A stretch of 64,000 bases of DNA from Desulfobacterales bacterium (GTDB lineage: Bacteria > Desulfobacterota > Desulfobacteria > Desulfobacterales > UBA5852): positions 1,888,001-1,952,000 of the forward strand of contig CAXXVS010000002.1 in NCBI GenBank assembly GCA_963674755.2, read 5' to 3'. This document shows, one piece after another, positions 1-9,272 of this stretch (position 1 is the first letter of the stretch; every line of letters begins with the position of its first letter). The notes under the pieces are model-generated. The model made no database searches. It worked only from the letters and a program-made list of their open reading frames with translations, and was not told where the DNA came from. The position numbers and the translations under genes are program-made.

Positions 1-1092
1 CTCATCGAAAGGGCTGAACAACTGATGGTGGCCCATTCCTGCCGGAAGGTCGCCTTCGGACTGGAGCCCACCGGCAATTACCACAAGCCTTTGGCCAACT
101 GGCTTTTGGAACAGGATCAACTTCTGGTACTGGTCTCCAACAAAGCCATTGCCGACAACCGCGAGAGTCTCGACGGGCGCTGGGATAAGAACGACACCAA
201 AGACAGCGCCAATGTGGCTGACCTGATGGCGCAGGGCAAATGCCAGTTCTTTGAAAAGCCTTCGGCGGAGCTTACCGCGTTGCGCAGCTTGCTTTCACTT
301 CGCAAGCGGCTCAAACGCGATGAACACAGTTTGCGCATGCAGATCCGCAATGGGCTTTTGGTTCGCCACTTCCCCGAGATGGATCGCCTGTGGGGTAGCT
401 GTCTTAAAGAGAATCTAGCCATCGTGCGCAGCTGCCTTGACCCGCGTACCATCAGCGCCATGCCCTTTAACGAGTTCCTCCGGCGGGTGACCGATCGTGA
501 TAGAGGCTTGCGCCAGGTCAAGCGTTTGCAGCGCATCCACGAGGTCGCCGGCACCTCCATCGGCTGCCCCGTGGATGAAGCTGCCCAGTTCGAGGCTCTC
601 CAACTGGTGGATCGCTTAAATGATCTGCGCGACCGTATTAGTCACACCGAAAAACAGATTGCGGATATCTGTCAGGGCTTTTCAGCTTACCGGCGATTGT
701 TGACGATCCCCGGCTTTGGCCCTTACGTGGCTTCTCAGGTGATCGCGCGCATCGGAGACCCGCATCGCTTCGCCGGTCGCAAACAGCTCATCCGCCTAGC
801 GGGCTACGACCTGAACGCCAAGCGTAGCGGCAAGACCAGTGATAAGGCCGTGCCGGTGATCTCCAAGCGCGGCAATGGCGACCTCCGCTACGCCCTGTAT
901 CAAGCGGCCCAGATCGCCTCTTATCACGACAATGGATTCCGCGCTTTGTTTACCCGTTATCTTCAAGGCCGGGAACGCGAGCGTGGCATCAAGACCAAGA
1001 TGCGAGTGAAACTGGCCGTCAAAATGCTGGTCATTGCCTGGTGCATGATGCGCGATGAGACGGATTACGATCCTGCGCTGCTAAAGGTGTAA
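1..1092 (+). CDS. IS110-family (DEDD) transposase/recombinase, 5'-truncated by window edge
   Basis: LEPTGNYH and KNDTKDS RuvC-like DEDD motifs, LTIPGFG HhH motif, SGK catalytic-Ser region, ISKRGNGDLRYALY; frame open from base 1. Confidence 0.93.
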   Translation, partial: LIERAEQLMVAHSCRKVAFGLEPTGNYHKPLANWLLEQDQLLVLVSNKAIADNRESLDGRWDKNDTKDSANVADLMAQGKCQFFEKPSAELTALRSLLSLRKRLKRDEHSLRMQIRNGLLVRHFPEMDRLWGSCLKENLAIVRSCLDPRTISAMPFNEFLRRVTDRDRGLRQVKRLQRIHEVAGTSIGCPVDEAAQFEALQLVDRLNDLRDRISHTEKQIADICQGFSAYRRLLTIPGFGPYVASQVIARIGDPHRFAGRKQLIRLAGYDLNAKRSGKTSDKAVPVISKRGNGDLRYALYQAAQIASYHDNGFRALFTRYLQGRERERGIKTKMRVKLAVKMLVIAWCMMRDETDYDPALLKV

Positions 1093-1409
1093 GCGGTCCT
1101 CTGGACCGCCGTGTTCATCACAATCGAAGTCGTTTGTTCGGCGAGAGAGCCCTTTTATAGACGTTGAGGTCATAACCTCGGTGGGGACAATACCCGGGCC
1201 TCTCTCTGAACTCCAAGCCTGGATAAGGAATGATGGGTGCCGCCGTTTCCGGCAGGACACCGGATAACTGTAACGATCAGGCCATGAGTTCGCCGACCGG
1301 AGAGATACTCGCCGATCCACAAAACCGACAGGAGAAGTGTTTCTTGCCTCTGACAACAACCGTAACTATTTGATTATTCAGTTTTATTTATTTTGTTGAC
1401 AAGGGGAAT
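1093..1409 (+). ncRNA. Putative bridge/seekRNA in the 3' non-coding end of the IS110 element
   Basis: Two consecutive stem-loops with large internal loops (about 1143-1206 and 1208-1291); loop sequences TATAGA (1156-1161) and GGGGACA (1183-1189) match the flank TATAGAaTGTCCCC (1409-1422); TTGACA at 1396-1401 near the element end. Confidence 0.7.
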
Positions 1410-1436
1410 ATAGAATGTCCCCTCCTCCTAGCCCGA

Positions 1437-1794
1437 GCACAGTCTTCATCCAGGTGCTCAAGGACCACCAGGTTAAAATCAGCATGGACGGCCGGGGCCG
1501 CTGTCAGGACAACATCTTCATCGAGCGGCTGTGGTGGACCATCAAGTATCGGTATCTTTACCTGCATTCGTTTGATTCCGGTCGCGACTTGCGACGGGGG
1601 CTGACGGAGTGGGTCCGCTACTATAACCAGCAACGTGGGCATTCTTCTCTTGACGATCTAACCCCGGATGAAGTCTATTACGGTCTACCTCATCCTTTTG
1701 CCGAGGCTGCCTGATGCCTTGTTCTCTATACAATCGCTCTCGGCTTATAGCTTATCTATACCATCAGGCTGTCCAACTCTTGGGGTCCACCGCC
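1437..1794 (+). pseudogene. IS3-family transposase C-terminal remnant with right end
   Basis: MDGRGRCQDNIFIERLWWTIKY...YYNQQRGHSSL integrase-core tail (stop 1714) followed by IRR-like ctgtccaactcttggggtccacc. Confidence 0.85.
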
Positions 1795-1961
1795 TTCAAT
1801 GCGATCCCTGATTACGGATATGAAGTCCTCAACGATCACTTATTGGTTCTCTTCAATACATATATTTGTGATGTGTAAATTTGGATCTACGGGGCGGACA
1901 TTGATAGATGTGCATCCGGTGAGAATAATTGCCGCTGATAAGAATAAAAGTATTCTTTCAT
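1795..1961 (-). pseudogene. Small lipoprotein pseudogene (Sbal_3080-like), frameshifted, nonsense, truncated by IS3 remnant
   Basis: GGAGG RBS, ATG at 1961; with one frameshift reads MKRILLFLSAAIILTGCTSINVRPVDPNLHITNICIEENQ*VIVEDFISVIRDRIE (lipobox LTGC); in-frame TAA at 1840-1842; family from recalled resemblance. Confidence 0.6.
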
Positions 1962-1997
1962 AACAACCTCCATAGCTAAAAATCATGCATAAAACAC

Positions 1998-2038
1998 CAA
2001 AAAAACGAAAACCGGCTCACCTAACGGCAAACCGGTCA
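1998..2038 (-). terminator. Intrinsic terminator (riboswitch expression platform)
   Basis: GACCGGTTTGCC/GGTGAGCCGGTT hairpin followed by T-run on minus strand, between aptamer and RBS. Confidence 0.65.
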
Positions 2039-2049
2039 TACCTGCATCT

Positions 2050-2126
2050 GATAGCGGCAACCCGGCTGCCTTCTGGAGGCCCGTGGCTTTCCGTCCCCAG
2101 CTCACGCCGGGTTTGGCTTTGTATAG
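2050..2126 (-). ncRNA. c-di-GMP-I (GEMM-I) riboswitch
   Basis: Minus strand AAAGCCAAACCCGGC-GTGA-GCTGGGGACGGAAAGCCACGGGCCTCCAGAAGGCAGCCGGGTTGCC: GNRA-capped P2, GACGGAAAG junction, GGGTTGCC end. Confidence 0.9.
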
Positions 2127-2132
2127 CTCGTA

Positions 2133-2161
2133 AAGTTACTAAAACGATTCTAAGCTGTCAA
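2133..2161 (-). promoter_or_regulatory. sigma70-type promoter for riboswitch leader
   Basis: TTGACA-N17-TAACTT immediately upstream of aptamer. Confidence 0.6.
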
Positions 2162-2447
2162 TCGCCTCGCCTGTGGCGCTCGATCCGCCCCATGCTTGAA
2201 ACCTGGCTGTGTCTATAAGGTCCAACCAAGACGCTCCAGATGGCTACGTATAGCGCTAAGTTTCTCAAGGTGTGGAGTGAGATCCTCTAAGATAGGTCGT
2301 TCAATTCTGTACTCATCAGCGGCTGTACCCCAAAGCCTCCTAATCACGGCTCCCTTCCCATTTTTCCATTTTGTGTCACTCGAAATTAATCCTCGTCAGA
2401 GTTAACTTCTATCTAATCATAAATTATCAAGAAAGGAGGTGTACCAA

Positions 2448-2600
2448 GTGAGGAGAAAGCGCAGACCGTTGACCTTGGAAGCTGTTCAACGAATCATGAG
2501 AGCCACAGCAAAGAAAAATGGCGGCAAAATCCCCAAGAGGAGCTGGGCAGCAGAGGCGCAGAGAAGGCTTGCACGACAAGCAAGGAAAACCCCTGTCTAA
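2448..2600 (+). CDS. Small basic protein (50 aa), paralog of next ORF
   Basis: AAAGGAGGT RBS, GTG start; MRRKRRPLTLEAVQRIMRATAKKNGGKIPKRSWAAEAQRRLARQARKTPV. Confidence 0.65.
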   Translation: MRRKRRPLTLEAVQRIMRATAKKNGGKIPKRSWAAEAQRRLARQARKTPV

Positions 2601-2629
2601 AACAACAAACCACAATGAAAGGTATTGAA

Positions 2630-2773
2630 ATGGCGGAGAAATCCACCCCAATGACCCAAAAAGATGCATCCAGGATTCAAAGCACCACGGCAAAAAACAA
2701 CGGGGGTGTCGTACCCAAGGACAGCTTTGCCTCAAGAGCCACAAGGGCAGCTGTAAAAAATTCTAAGAAATAG
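2630..2773 (+). CDS. Small hydrophilic protein (47 aa), SMP/LEA-like
   Basis: GAAAGG RBS; MAEKSTPMTQKDASRIQSTTAKNNGGVVPKDSFASRATRAAVKNSKK; MT..DASRIQS...GG...SFA.RA pattern recalled from seed-maturation-protein-like microbial peptides. Confidence 0.7.
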   Translation: MAEKSTPMTQKDASRIQSTTAKNNGGVVPKDSFASRATRAAVKNSKK

Positions 2774-2800
2774 CCGAGCTACGGATGCTTGAGGGTAAGG

Positions 2801-3517
2801 TTATGCCCTGCCCTCAAGCTCACAATTTCCATTGATGTAAGCGCGATATGTTTCTAAGTGATAATCGAACCACATTGAGTACCTTGCTCGTAATTCCGGT
2901 AATTCCTCGAAATTTTTCATTACGTTCCCCTTTCTTCGTAAGGCTAAAAGGAGAATGATAATGCAATGAAAGATACGGACAATGCCGTAGGTAATCCTAC
3001 CCCACGTCATCAGAAATTCAAAATATTCCACCCTGCTTTGATACATGTTTATGGCATTCTCAAGTAGTTTATCGACAGTATCCCACTTAGGTAAATGCCG
3101 CACGATTTTAGCACTTTTCCATCTCATTAGTTCTCTATATGCCGTATCTTCTGACTTTTCTGGAAACAGAGTTGCTGCCAGCTGTCTCAGTGATTTAATT
3201 GGATAGTTGGTATTCAGATGAGTTTTTAAATGATTTACCCACAGATCCATTGGGGTTATTATTTTTGTTTTTTCGATTTGAGGAAGGAATTTTAAGTATT
3301 TGGATCCTTTATTATCGTGGTACTCTTTAATGTAGTTCTCACTTGCCTCCACGTCTAATGCGGCAATTACAAATAAAAGCGAATCGATCCGCATTTGTAT
3401 GAGTCTCGTATTCATTTCATCGGCATCATTAGGTTTTGAGATAGTATGATTAAAGATAGTCGTATGTAAGAATGCTTCAGGCAACCAGGATGAGTAAAGA
3501 CATTTGATAGCATTATT
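2801..3517 (-). pseudogene. C-terminal part of AT-rich hypothetical gene split by IS (N-terminal part 5414-5854)
   Basis: Removing IS and one TSD joins ...KISETNL to NNAIKCLYSSWLPEAF... in frame, giving about 385 aa. Confidence 0.8.
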
Positions 3518-3523
3518 AAGGTT

Positions 3524-5413
3524 GATGGCATCGTAAAAAGTCTATCCGCCTGAATTATTTAACAAAACGCCCAATTTCAGCTTGCCATTTTCTTCTCGTC
3601 ATGCTACAGGAAACCAAACAATTACAGATGGTTATCCTGGAGATCGCATGCTTCGCATCAAAGACCACAAACAGCAACATCTCTTCGACCCGTGGGCCTA
3701 TTTGAGCCCCAAACGGCGCCGGATGCTCGAAGAGGGCTGGCCCGGGTTGTTCCGCCAGCATCTGCTCGGAGAACTTCCCGTCGATCTGTTAAAACCCTTC
3801 TTCACTGAAGCCATAGGGCGGCCCACCAAGGAACTGCATACCCTGCTGGGAGTGATGCTTTTCCAGCAAACCATGGATTTAAACGATGTCGAGGCCGTCG
3901 AGCAGCTGGCCTACAACCTCCAGTGGCATTATGCTCTGGACATCACTGAAGAAAGCGACGAGGCCAAATACGTCAGCGAAAAGACCCTGTGGTCGACCCG
4001 CCAGCTGATGGCCGAAAATGGCATTGACGGGGTCATGTTCGAAAAGCTCACCGACAAATTGGCCAAAGTGTTCGGTGTAGATCCTTCCAACCAGCGCATC
4101 GACTCGGTACACATCCGCTCCAACATGCGCCGGCTGGGCCGTATTGCCATTTTCAGCCGCACGATCGCCAAGTTCCTGGTCAATCTCAAACGCCACCACC
4201 GAGAGCTGTTCGATACGATCGCTTCTGATGTGATTGATCGTTACTGGGGTGAGAAGGCCCTATCCGCCTTTTCTCTGGTTAAACCCACGGAATCGGAAAA
4301 GACGTTAAAACGGGTCAGCAATGATCTGTTCGATCTGATCGAGGGCTTCAAGGACCAAACGGCGGTGGCTTTCATGCACAGCTACAAGCTCATGCAGCGG
4401 GTGCTCGCCGATCAATGCCATGTCGAGACCGATGCCGCCGGTGCCCCCCAAGTAACGATAAAGAAGCCGGCCGAGATCCCCTCCGACTCATTGCAAAACC
4501 CTTCGGACCCGGAGGCCACCTACAGCGGCCACAAGGGCCAGGGCTATCAGGTCCAGATCATGGAGAGCTTCAGCCGCAGTGAAGAGGCCAATGAAAAAGA
4601 GCAGGCGCTTAACCTGATTACCCATGTCGAAGTTCAACCCGCCTGCGAGAGCGATGCGGAGGCCGTGGTGCCGGCCATCGCCGATACCAAGATCCGGGGT
4701 GTGGGGCCCGATCAGTTGGTCGCCGACACTTTGTACGGCAGTGACAGTAACCACCAGACGGCCCAAGTGGCCGATGTCGACCTTGTCGCCCCGACCCAGA
4801 AGGGCAATGAGTCCAAGCCGCTCACGGCGTTTAGCTTTAATGACAAGGGCTATGTCGAGACCTGTCCGGCGGGTCACGTTCCCGAGCAGGTGAAGCACAA
4901 GAAGAAAACCGATTGTTACAGCGCGGCCTTCGATTCCACGCTTTGCCAGGGATGTCCGCATGCGGGTCATTGCCCGGTCAAGCCTGGGAAAAAGAAGAAC
5001 TATCTGCGCTACAGCGGAAAGCAATATCGCCTATCGGTGCGTCGCAAGGCCGAGAAAAGCGAGGCTTTCATTGACACCTATCGCTGGCGGGCCGGTGTGG
5101 AGGCCACCATGAGCGAATATGATCGGCGCACCGGGGTCAAAAAGCTACGGGTTCGGGGCATGCCGGCGGTGCGCTTCTGTGCCAAAATGAAGGCCACCGG
5201 GCTCAATCTGCTACGGGCGGCCCGGGTTCGCAGGGCCAGAATGAAGGCCGCAGAGGGTAATCCGGGCCTTGATCACCGTATTACGACTGCTGTTTATCGT
5301 GTCAAAGAACGTTTACAGGCCGCTCTGGTGGAATTTGCCTTCGCTTGGACAAATTCGTCGGGAAGATATCCAGAAAGCTACAAATTGGCCGCCTGATTTT
5401 TTACGCGGCCATC
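3524..5413 (+). mobile_element. IS element, IS1182-like (DUF772 + DDE) with 6-bp TSD
   Basis: IRs GATGGCATCGTAAAAAGTC / GATTTTTTACGCGGCCATC; AAGGTT duplicated at 3518-3523 and 5414-5419. Confidence 0.88.
3648..5396 (+). CDS. DDE transposase (582 aa)
   Basis: GGAG RBS; GRP motif, RIDS, SDPEATY, VADTLYGS, CPAG..CQGCP..C, YRWRAGVEATMSE. Confidence 0.9.
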   Translation: MLRIKDHKQQHLFDPWAYLSPKRRRMLEEGWPGLFRQHLLGELPVDLLKPFFTEAIGRPTKELHTLLGVMLFQQTMDLNDVEAVEQLAYNLQWHYALDITEESDEAKYVSEKTLWSTRQLMAENGIDGVMFEKLTDKLAKVFGVDPSNQRIDSVHIRSNMRRLGRIAIFSRTIAKFLVNLKRHHRELFDTIASDVIDRYWGEKALSAFSLVKPTESEKTLKRVSNDLFDLIEGFKDQTAVAFMHSYKLMQRVLADQCHVETDAAGAPQVTIKKPAEIPSDSLQNPSDPEATYSGHKGQGYQVQIMESFSRSEEANEKEQALNLITHVEVQPACESDAEAVVPAIADTKIRGVGPDQLVADTLYGSDSNHQTAQVADVDLVAPTQKGNESKPLTAFSFNDKGYVETCPAGHVPEQVKHKKKTDCYSAAFDSTLCQGCPHAGHCPVKPGKKKNYLRYSGKQYRLSVRRKAEKSEAFIDTYRWRAGVEATMSEYDRRTGVKKLRVRGMPAVRFCAKMKATGLNLLRAARVRRARMKAAEGNPGLDHRITTAVYRVKERLQAALVEFAFAWTNSSGRYPESYKLAA

Positions 5414-5854
5414 AAGGTTAGTCTCACTTATTTTATCACTATCACTGTCATACAAATCTTTCACAAACTCGTTTGAGGTGCGTCGAAGTTTTCCTATCAC
5501 GTTTTGCGTATATGGAAGAACTACTTCACCTCGACTATTGTAAAGAGTTGGCAAATTCTCAACTTCCCAAGACTTTCTACCTGAAAAGGCATCCTTTAAT
5601 ATCGTTTCCAGGTTAGGATCAATGTAGGCATTATGGTTGTTTAGTGCTGTTATAAAGTCAGAGATGAAAATGAAAGTTTTGGAAAGAGTTGGAGTTGTAT
5701 CCCCGCACAACCAATTGTTCAATGTATGATCCGTGACTTTTCCTCCGACCCATTCACTGTTGCTGTCAGTACTGATCACTTCGAGATCTGATAGGATTGA
5801 GGTCAAGTTTAACCCCAGCATATAAAAAATCACTTCCCAAGGCATCATGATCAT
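5414..5854 (-). pseudogene. N-terminal part of IS-disrupted AT-rich hypothetical gene
   Basis: ORF runs into IS right end; in frame with 2801-3517 after IS removal. Confidence 0.75.
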
Positions 5855-6106
5855 TTAGTAGCACCTAAGTAATTTAATATTTTTCTCTGTAATTTGGCGC
5901 GGAGTTGTTCCTTAAACAATGAATACCCAATGATCCACAAACCAAATCCTGATCCACTATCCGAAGCCCTGGAATTGATCCCTATGATCGTAGATCAAGG
6001 ATTAAATGACTCCGCTTGTGGAATAGACTTAGCAAGACGAAAACCCAAAATAATTTTTCGATCGCCGGGCAAAAAGTCAGGTCGTTCAGTCGTCCTGCAG
6101 AACTCA

Positions 6107-6238
6107 TCACTGAACTTCCAACTGCCGCCTCGGAATATCCAATACTTTTGAAGCTCTGCCGGAGCCTCCAAGCTCCTTCAGGACTTCGAGGATTGGTATG
6201 ATGTAATGAAAGTGTTGGGGGATTCGCAGATTTTCCAT
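6107..6238 (-). pseudogene. Mrr restriction protein N-terminal (winged-helix) remnant
   Basis: AAGGGAG RBS; MENLRIPQHFHYIIPILEVLKELGGSGRASKVLD... resembles Mrr_N (P.LEVLKELGGSG) but stops after 43 aa. Confidence 0.55.
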
Positions 6239-6274
6239 TGTATCTCCCTTTCGGATGATCGCAGTATGGTCTAA

Positions 6275-6494
6275 CGGATCCGCCGACCATCAGATCGGCC
6301 CGAAAGCCTTCCTCGAACGCCAGACCCTCGTATTGGATAGGAATGGCCTTCTGGCGCTCCACCGCAAGTCCCGCCTTTTCTATTTCATGCGCCAGCACCG
6401 CTTCATAGACCGACTCTAATAAACCTGGCCCCATACCGCGGTGGGTCTTATAGGCGGCATCCACGATGGCTTTGGCAATGTCGTTTTCGTGCAC
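6275..6494 (-). pseudogene. GxxExxY (PD-(D/E)XK-like) protein, C-terminally truncated
   Basis: GPGLLESVYE...FRADLMV then loss of similarity; expected VELK motif absent. Confidence 0.85.
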
Positions 6495-6502
6495 TTTCTG
6501 TC

Positions 6503-6705
6503 CCTCACGCTAAGAAATGCTTAAACTGATGATATCTCGCGCCAAGAAAGCCTAAAAACATATCCTCACGCAAAGCCGCTAAGGACGCAAAGAACTGCAA
6601 AAAAAATGGGTGTCGGCCGGAGGCCGGAAAAAGCATCTGTTGCTTTTCTTGGCGGTCTTTGCGCCTTGGCGTGAGGCATGGTTTTTTGGGATTGCTTTGC
6701 GTGGG
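6503..6705. repeat. Nested palindromic CACGCAAAG/CTTTGCG repeat cluster
   Basis: cctcacgcaaagccgctaaggacgcaaag (6564-6592) inverted to cttggcggtctttgcgccttggcgtgagg (6648-6676), plus partial copies. Confidence 0.7.
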
Positions 6706-6899
6706 CGCCTATGCCGTTAGGCGAATTGCTCATTCGCTTAAAAATGTCGCACAGATCAATGAAAAAGTCCAATATTTTAAATGGATAGCCGTAAAAGAGG
6801 TTATTGGTTATTCGTTATCGGCAACAGCGGGAAAAGCTCGTAATCTCCCATGTTGCCGGGAAATCCTCCTGTTCTCCCGGCACGATACCCGAACCGGGG

Positions 6900-7415
6900 C
6901 TATTCCGCGAGATAGGCGACCACCTCCGGTTGTGTGAGGATCCTGCGCACGGCATCTGCTATGGCATCGTCGATGGCGTCGTTGTACATGGCGCTCGCCT
7001 GCGAATCCGTGGCGATCCCGATTGTCTTGTCCCCGGCCCCTATCGCCACGTTGATGTCGCAGCGGTATTTTTTGGGGTAGGCCATCTCGACATCGATGAC
7101 GTCGATGCGGATCGTTTTCGAGGCCTCCGGGCTGACCTGGAAGCCGTTCTTGACCAGTTCGCGTCCGAGAGAGGCGACAATCGCTTCCCCGAACTTCGAT
7201 AGGTCGGCTTTATAAGTAAATTGCCCTGTCCTGCTGTTGATAACGGAATCTCGATCGGTAGCATCCTCGATTCGAAGCGGCTCCAATGGGCCCCTCTTGC
7301 CGGAAAACACGTAGGGCGCCGATGGCAGGTCCGACGGTGGCTGGTAGGCGAGGGTGCAACTGGAAAACATGACGGCAAAGCCCAGAAGGAGGACGGCTTT
7401 CAGTATTCTATCCAT
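6900..7415 (-). CDS. Hypothetical lipoprotein (171 aa)
   Basis: AAGGAGG RBS; MDRILKAVLLLGFAVMFSSC signal/lipobox. Confidence 0.8.
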   Translation of the reverse strand: MDRILKAVLLLGFAVMFSSCTLAYQPPSDLPSAPYVFSGKRGPLEPLRIEDATDRDSVINSRTGQFTYKADLSKFGEAIVASLGRELVKNGFQVSPEASKTIRIDVIDVEMAYPKKYRCDINVAIGAGDKTIGIATDSQASAMYNDAIDDAIADAVRRILTQPEVVAYLAE

Positions 7416-7496
7416 GGTCAAACCTCCTTTGTTTTGGGGCTGAGTATCGCCACCAGCGTTTCCTGTGTTAATGGTCACTGCTATAGAGCCATTCCA

Positions 7497-7620
7497 TGAG
7501 CACCCTAATGGGGCCACCCTGTGATCACCCTAATGAGGCCACTTTGTGAGCACCCTAATGGAGCCACTTGATGATCACCCTAATGAGGCCAGTTGGTGAT
7601 CACCGTAATGAGGCCACCTG
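7497..7620 (+). repeat. IS21 left-end multiple repeats (5 copies, ~25-bp period)
   Basis: TGA(G/T)CACC(C/G)TAATGRRGCC repeated; inverted copies at about 10112-10160. Confidence 0.9.
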
Positions 7621-7721
7621 CCGCAGGGAAAAACGCGTATAAAACCAAAAAGCATCTCGGACCTTACATCCACAATCTGGTAAGTCTTTCCGGCAAACCA
7701 CCAGCCGCCGGGAGGAATGCC

Positions 7722-9272
7722 ATGGCCAACAGGAGAATCGAGATGCATCAGTACCGACAAGTCATCCACCGTATGCGCCTTGGACAAAGCGACCGCGCCA
7801 TCGCGAAAAGCCAACTGATCGGACGGACCAAATGCGCCGCCGTGCGGGAGGTCGCTGGGCAAAAGGGCTGGCTCAATAGCGGCCCGCTGCCCGACGACGA
7901 ACAACTCGCCAAGATCTTCGAGGTTAAAAGATCCCCCGGCCAAAACCAAGCCCCGTTGACCCAGCCGCATGCGGATCAGATCAAGCAATGGGTCGCAGAG
8001 GGCATTCAAGCCACGACGATCTATGAGGCCTTGGTCGGGCAGTTCGGATTTTCCGGCAGTTATTCCTCTGTCCGGCGCCAGGTAAGAAAGCTGCGCCACG
8101 CGAGCCCCAAAGCCTCTTGCGTTCTGGACTTTGCCCCAGGCGAAGCAGCCCAGGTTGACTTCGGCAAAGGGCCCACGATCAAGGACGTGTTTACCGGCGC
8201 GGTGATCAAGACCTGGATCTTTGTGATGACGCTGTGCTTCAGCCGCCACATGTATGCCGAGATCGTCACCGACCAGAAAGTTGCAACCTGGCTGGCCTGC
8301 CATCGGCGCGCATTCGCGTTTTTCAATGGCGTGGCGGCCAAAATGATCATCGACAATCCCAAGTGCGCCATCACCCGGGCCTGCTACACCGATCCGGACG
8401 TTCAGCGCTCCTACGGCGAGCTGGCCGAAGGATACGGCTTTCTCATTTCGCCGTGTCCCGTCCGGGACCCGCAGAAAAAGGGCCGGGTCGAGTCCGGTGT
8501 CAAATATGTCAAAAACAACTTCGTGCCGCTTCGTACCTTCCGAACCCTGGCCGACGCCAACGAGCAGCTTGTCCGCTGGCTGCTGGAAAGGGCCGGCAAC
8601 CGCATCCACGGCACAACCCACCGAAGGCCGCTGGAGATGTTTGCGGAGACCGAAAAACACTTTTTAAAGCCGCTGCCAGATGTTCCCGTGGAACTCGCCG
8701 TCTGGACCCGGGTCAAGGTGCACGGCAATTGCCATGTGCAGTTTGAAAAGGCCTACTACTCGGCGCCCTTCCGCTTGGTGCACCAGGAGCTGATGCTAAA
8801 AGCCACCGACACGACCGTAAAACTCTACCAGGACGTGAAGCTCGTGGCCACCCACCCGCGGCTCAAGCGCGCCGGCCAGCGCTCGACGGTCGACGGCCAC
8901 ATGCCGCCGGAAGCCCTGGCCTACAAGATGCAGGACCCACAGTGGTGTCTGAAGCAGGCCGAAGCCGTCGGCCCGGATTGTCATCGGCTCGTCCGCCGGC
9001 TGTTTGCCCACAAAGTGCTCGACAATCTGCGCGCGGCCCAGGGCGTAATCGGCTTGAGCAAAAAGTACGGCACGGCCCGCCTGGAAGCCGCCTGCCGCCG
9101 GGCGCTTCACTTCGACAACGTCAAATACCGTACGGTAAAAAGCATCCTGCATCAGGGCCTTGACCAGGCGCCGCTCTACGAGCAGCCCAACGTGATCCCG
9201 CTAGCTGCGGCGTACACCGGCAACGGCCGTTTTCTTCGCCACCAGGTGTACCGGGAAAGGAGGCCGTCATGA
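7722..9272 (+). CDS. istA: IS21 transposase IstA
   Basis: PGEAAQVDFG, IIDNPK, KGRVESGVKYVK. Confidence 0.95.
   Translation: MANRRIEMHQYRQVIHRMRLGQSDRAIAKSQLIGRTKCAAVREVAGQKGWLNSGPLPDDEQLAKIFEVKRSPGQNQAPLTQPHADQIKQWVAEGIQATTIYEALVGQFGFSGSYSSVRRQVRKLRHASPKASCVLDFAPGEAAQVDFGKGPTIKDVFTGAVIKTWIFVMTLCFSRHMYAEIVTDQKVATWLACHRRAFAFFNGVAAKMIIDNPKCAITRACYTDPDVQRSYGELAEGYGFLISPCPVRDPQKKGRVESGVKYVKNNFVPLRTFRTLADANEQLVRWLLERAGNRIHGTTHRRPLEMFAETEKHFLKPLPDVPVELAVWTRVKVHGNCHVQFEKAYYSAPFRLVHQELMLKATDTTVKLYQDVKLVATHPRLKRAGQRSTVDGHMPPEALAYKMQDPQWCLKQAEAVGPDCHRLVRRLFAHKVLDNLRAAQGVIGLSKKYGTARLEAACRRALHFDNVKYRTVKSILHQGLDQAPLYEQPNVIPLAAAYTGNGRFLRHQVYRERRPS

Noticed and set aside
2050..2126. 3',3'-cGAMP (GEMM-Ib) riboswitch
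   Set aside because: Discriminating position is G (GCCAAACC), not A, in both aptamers.
5982..6274. Novel C-terminal domain on GxxExxY
   Set aside because: Read-through across a deletion junction into AT-rich DNA; another frame carries the Mrr remnant.
7497..7620. Short regularly spaced repeats resembling a mini-CRISPR or iterons
   Set aside because: Inside the IS21 left end with inverted copies at the right end; no unique spacers; normal IS21 transposase-binding repeats.
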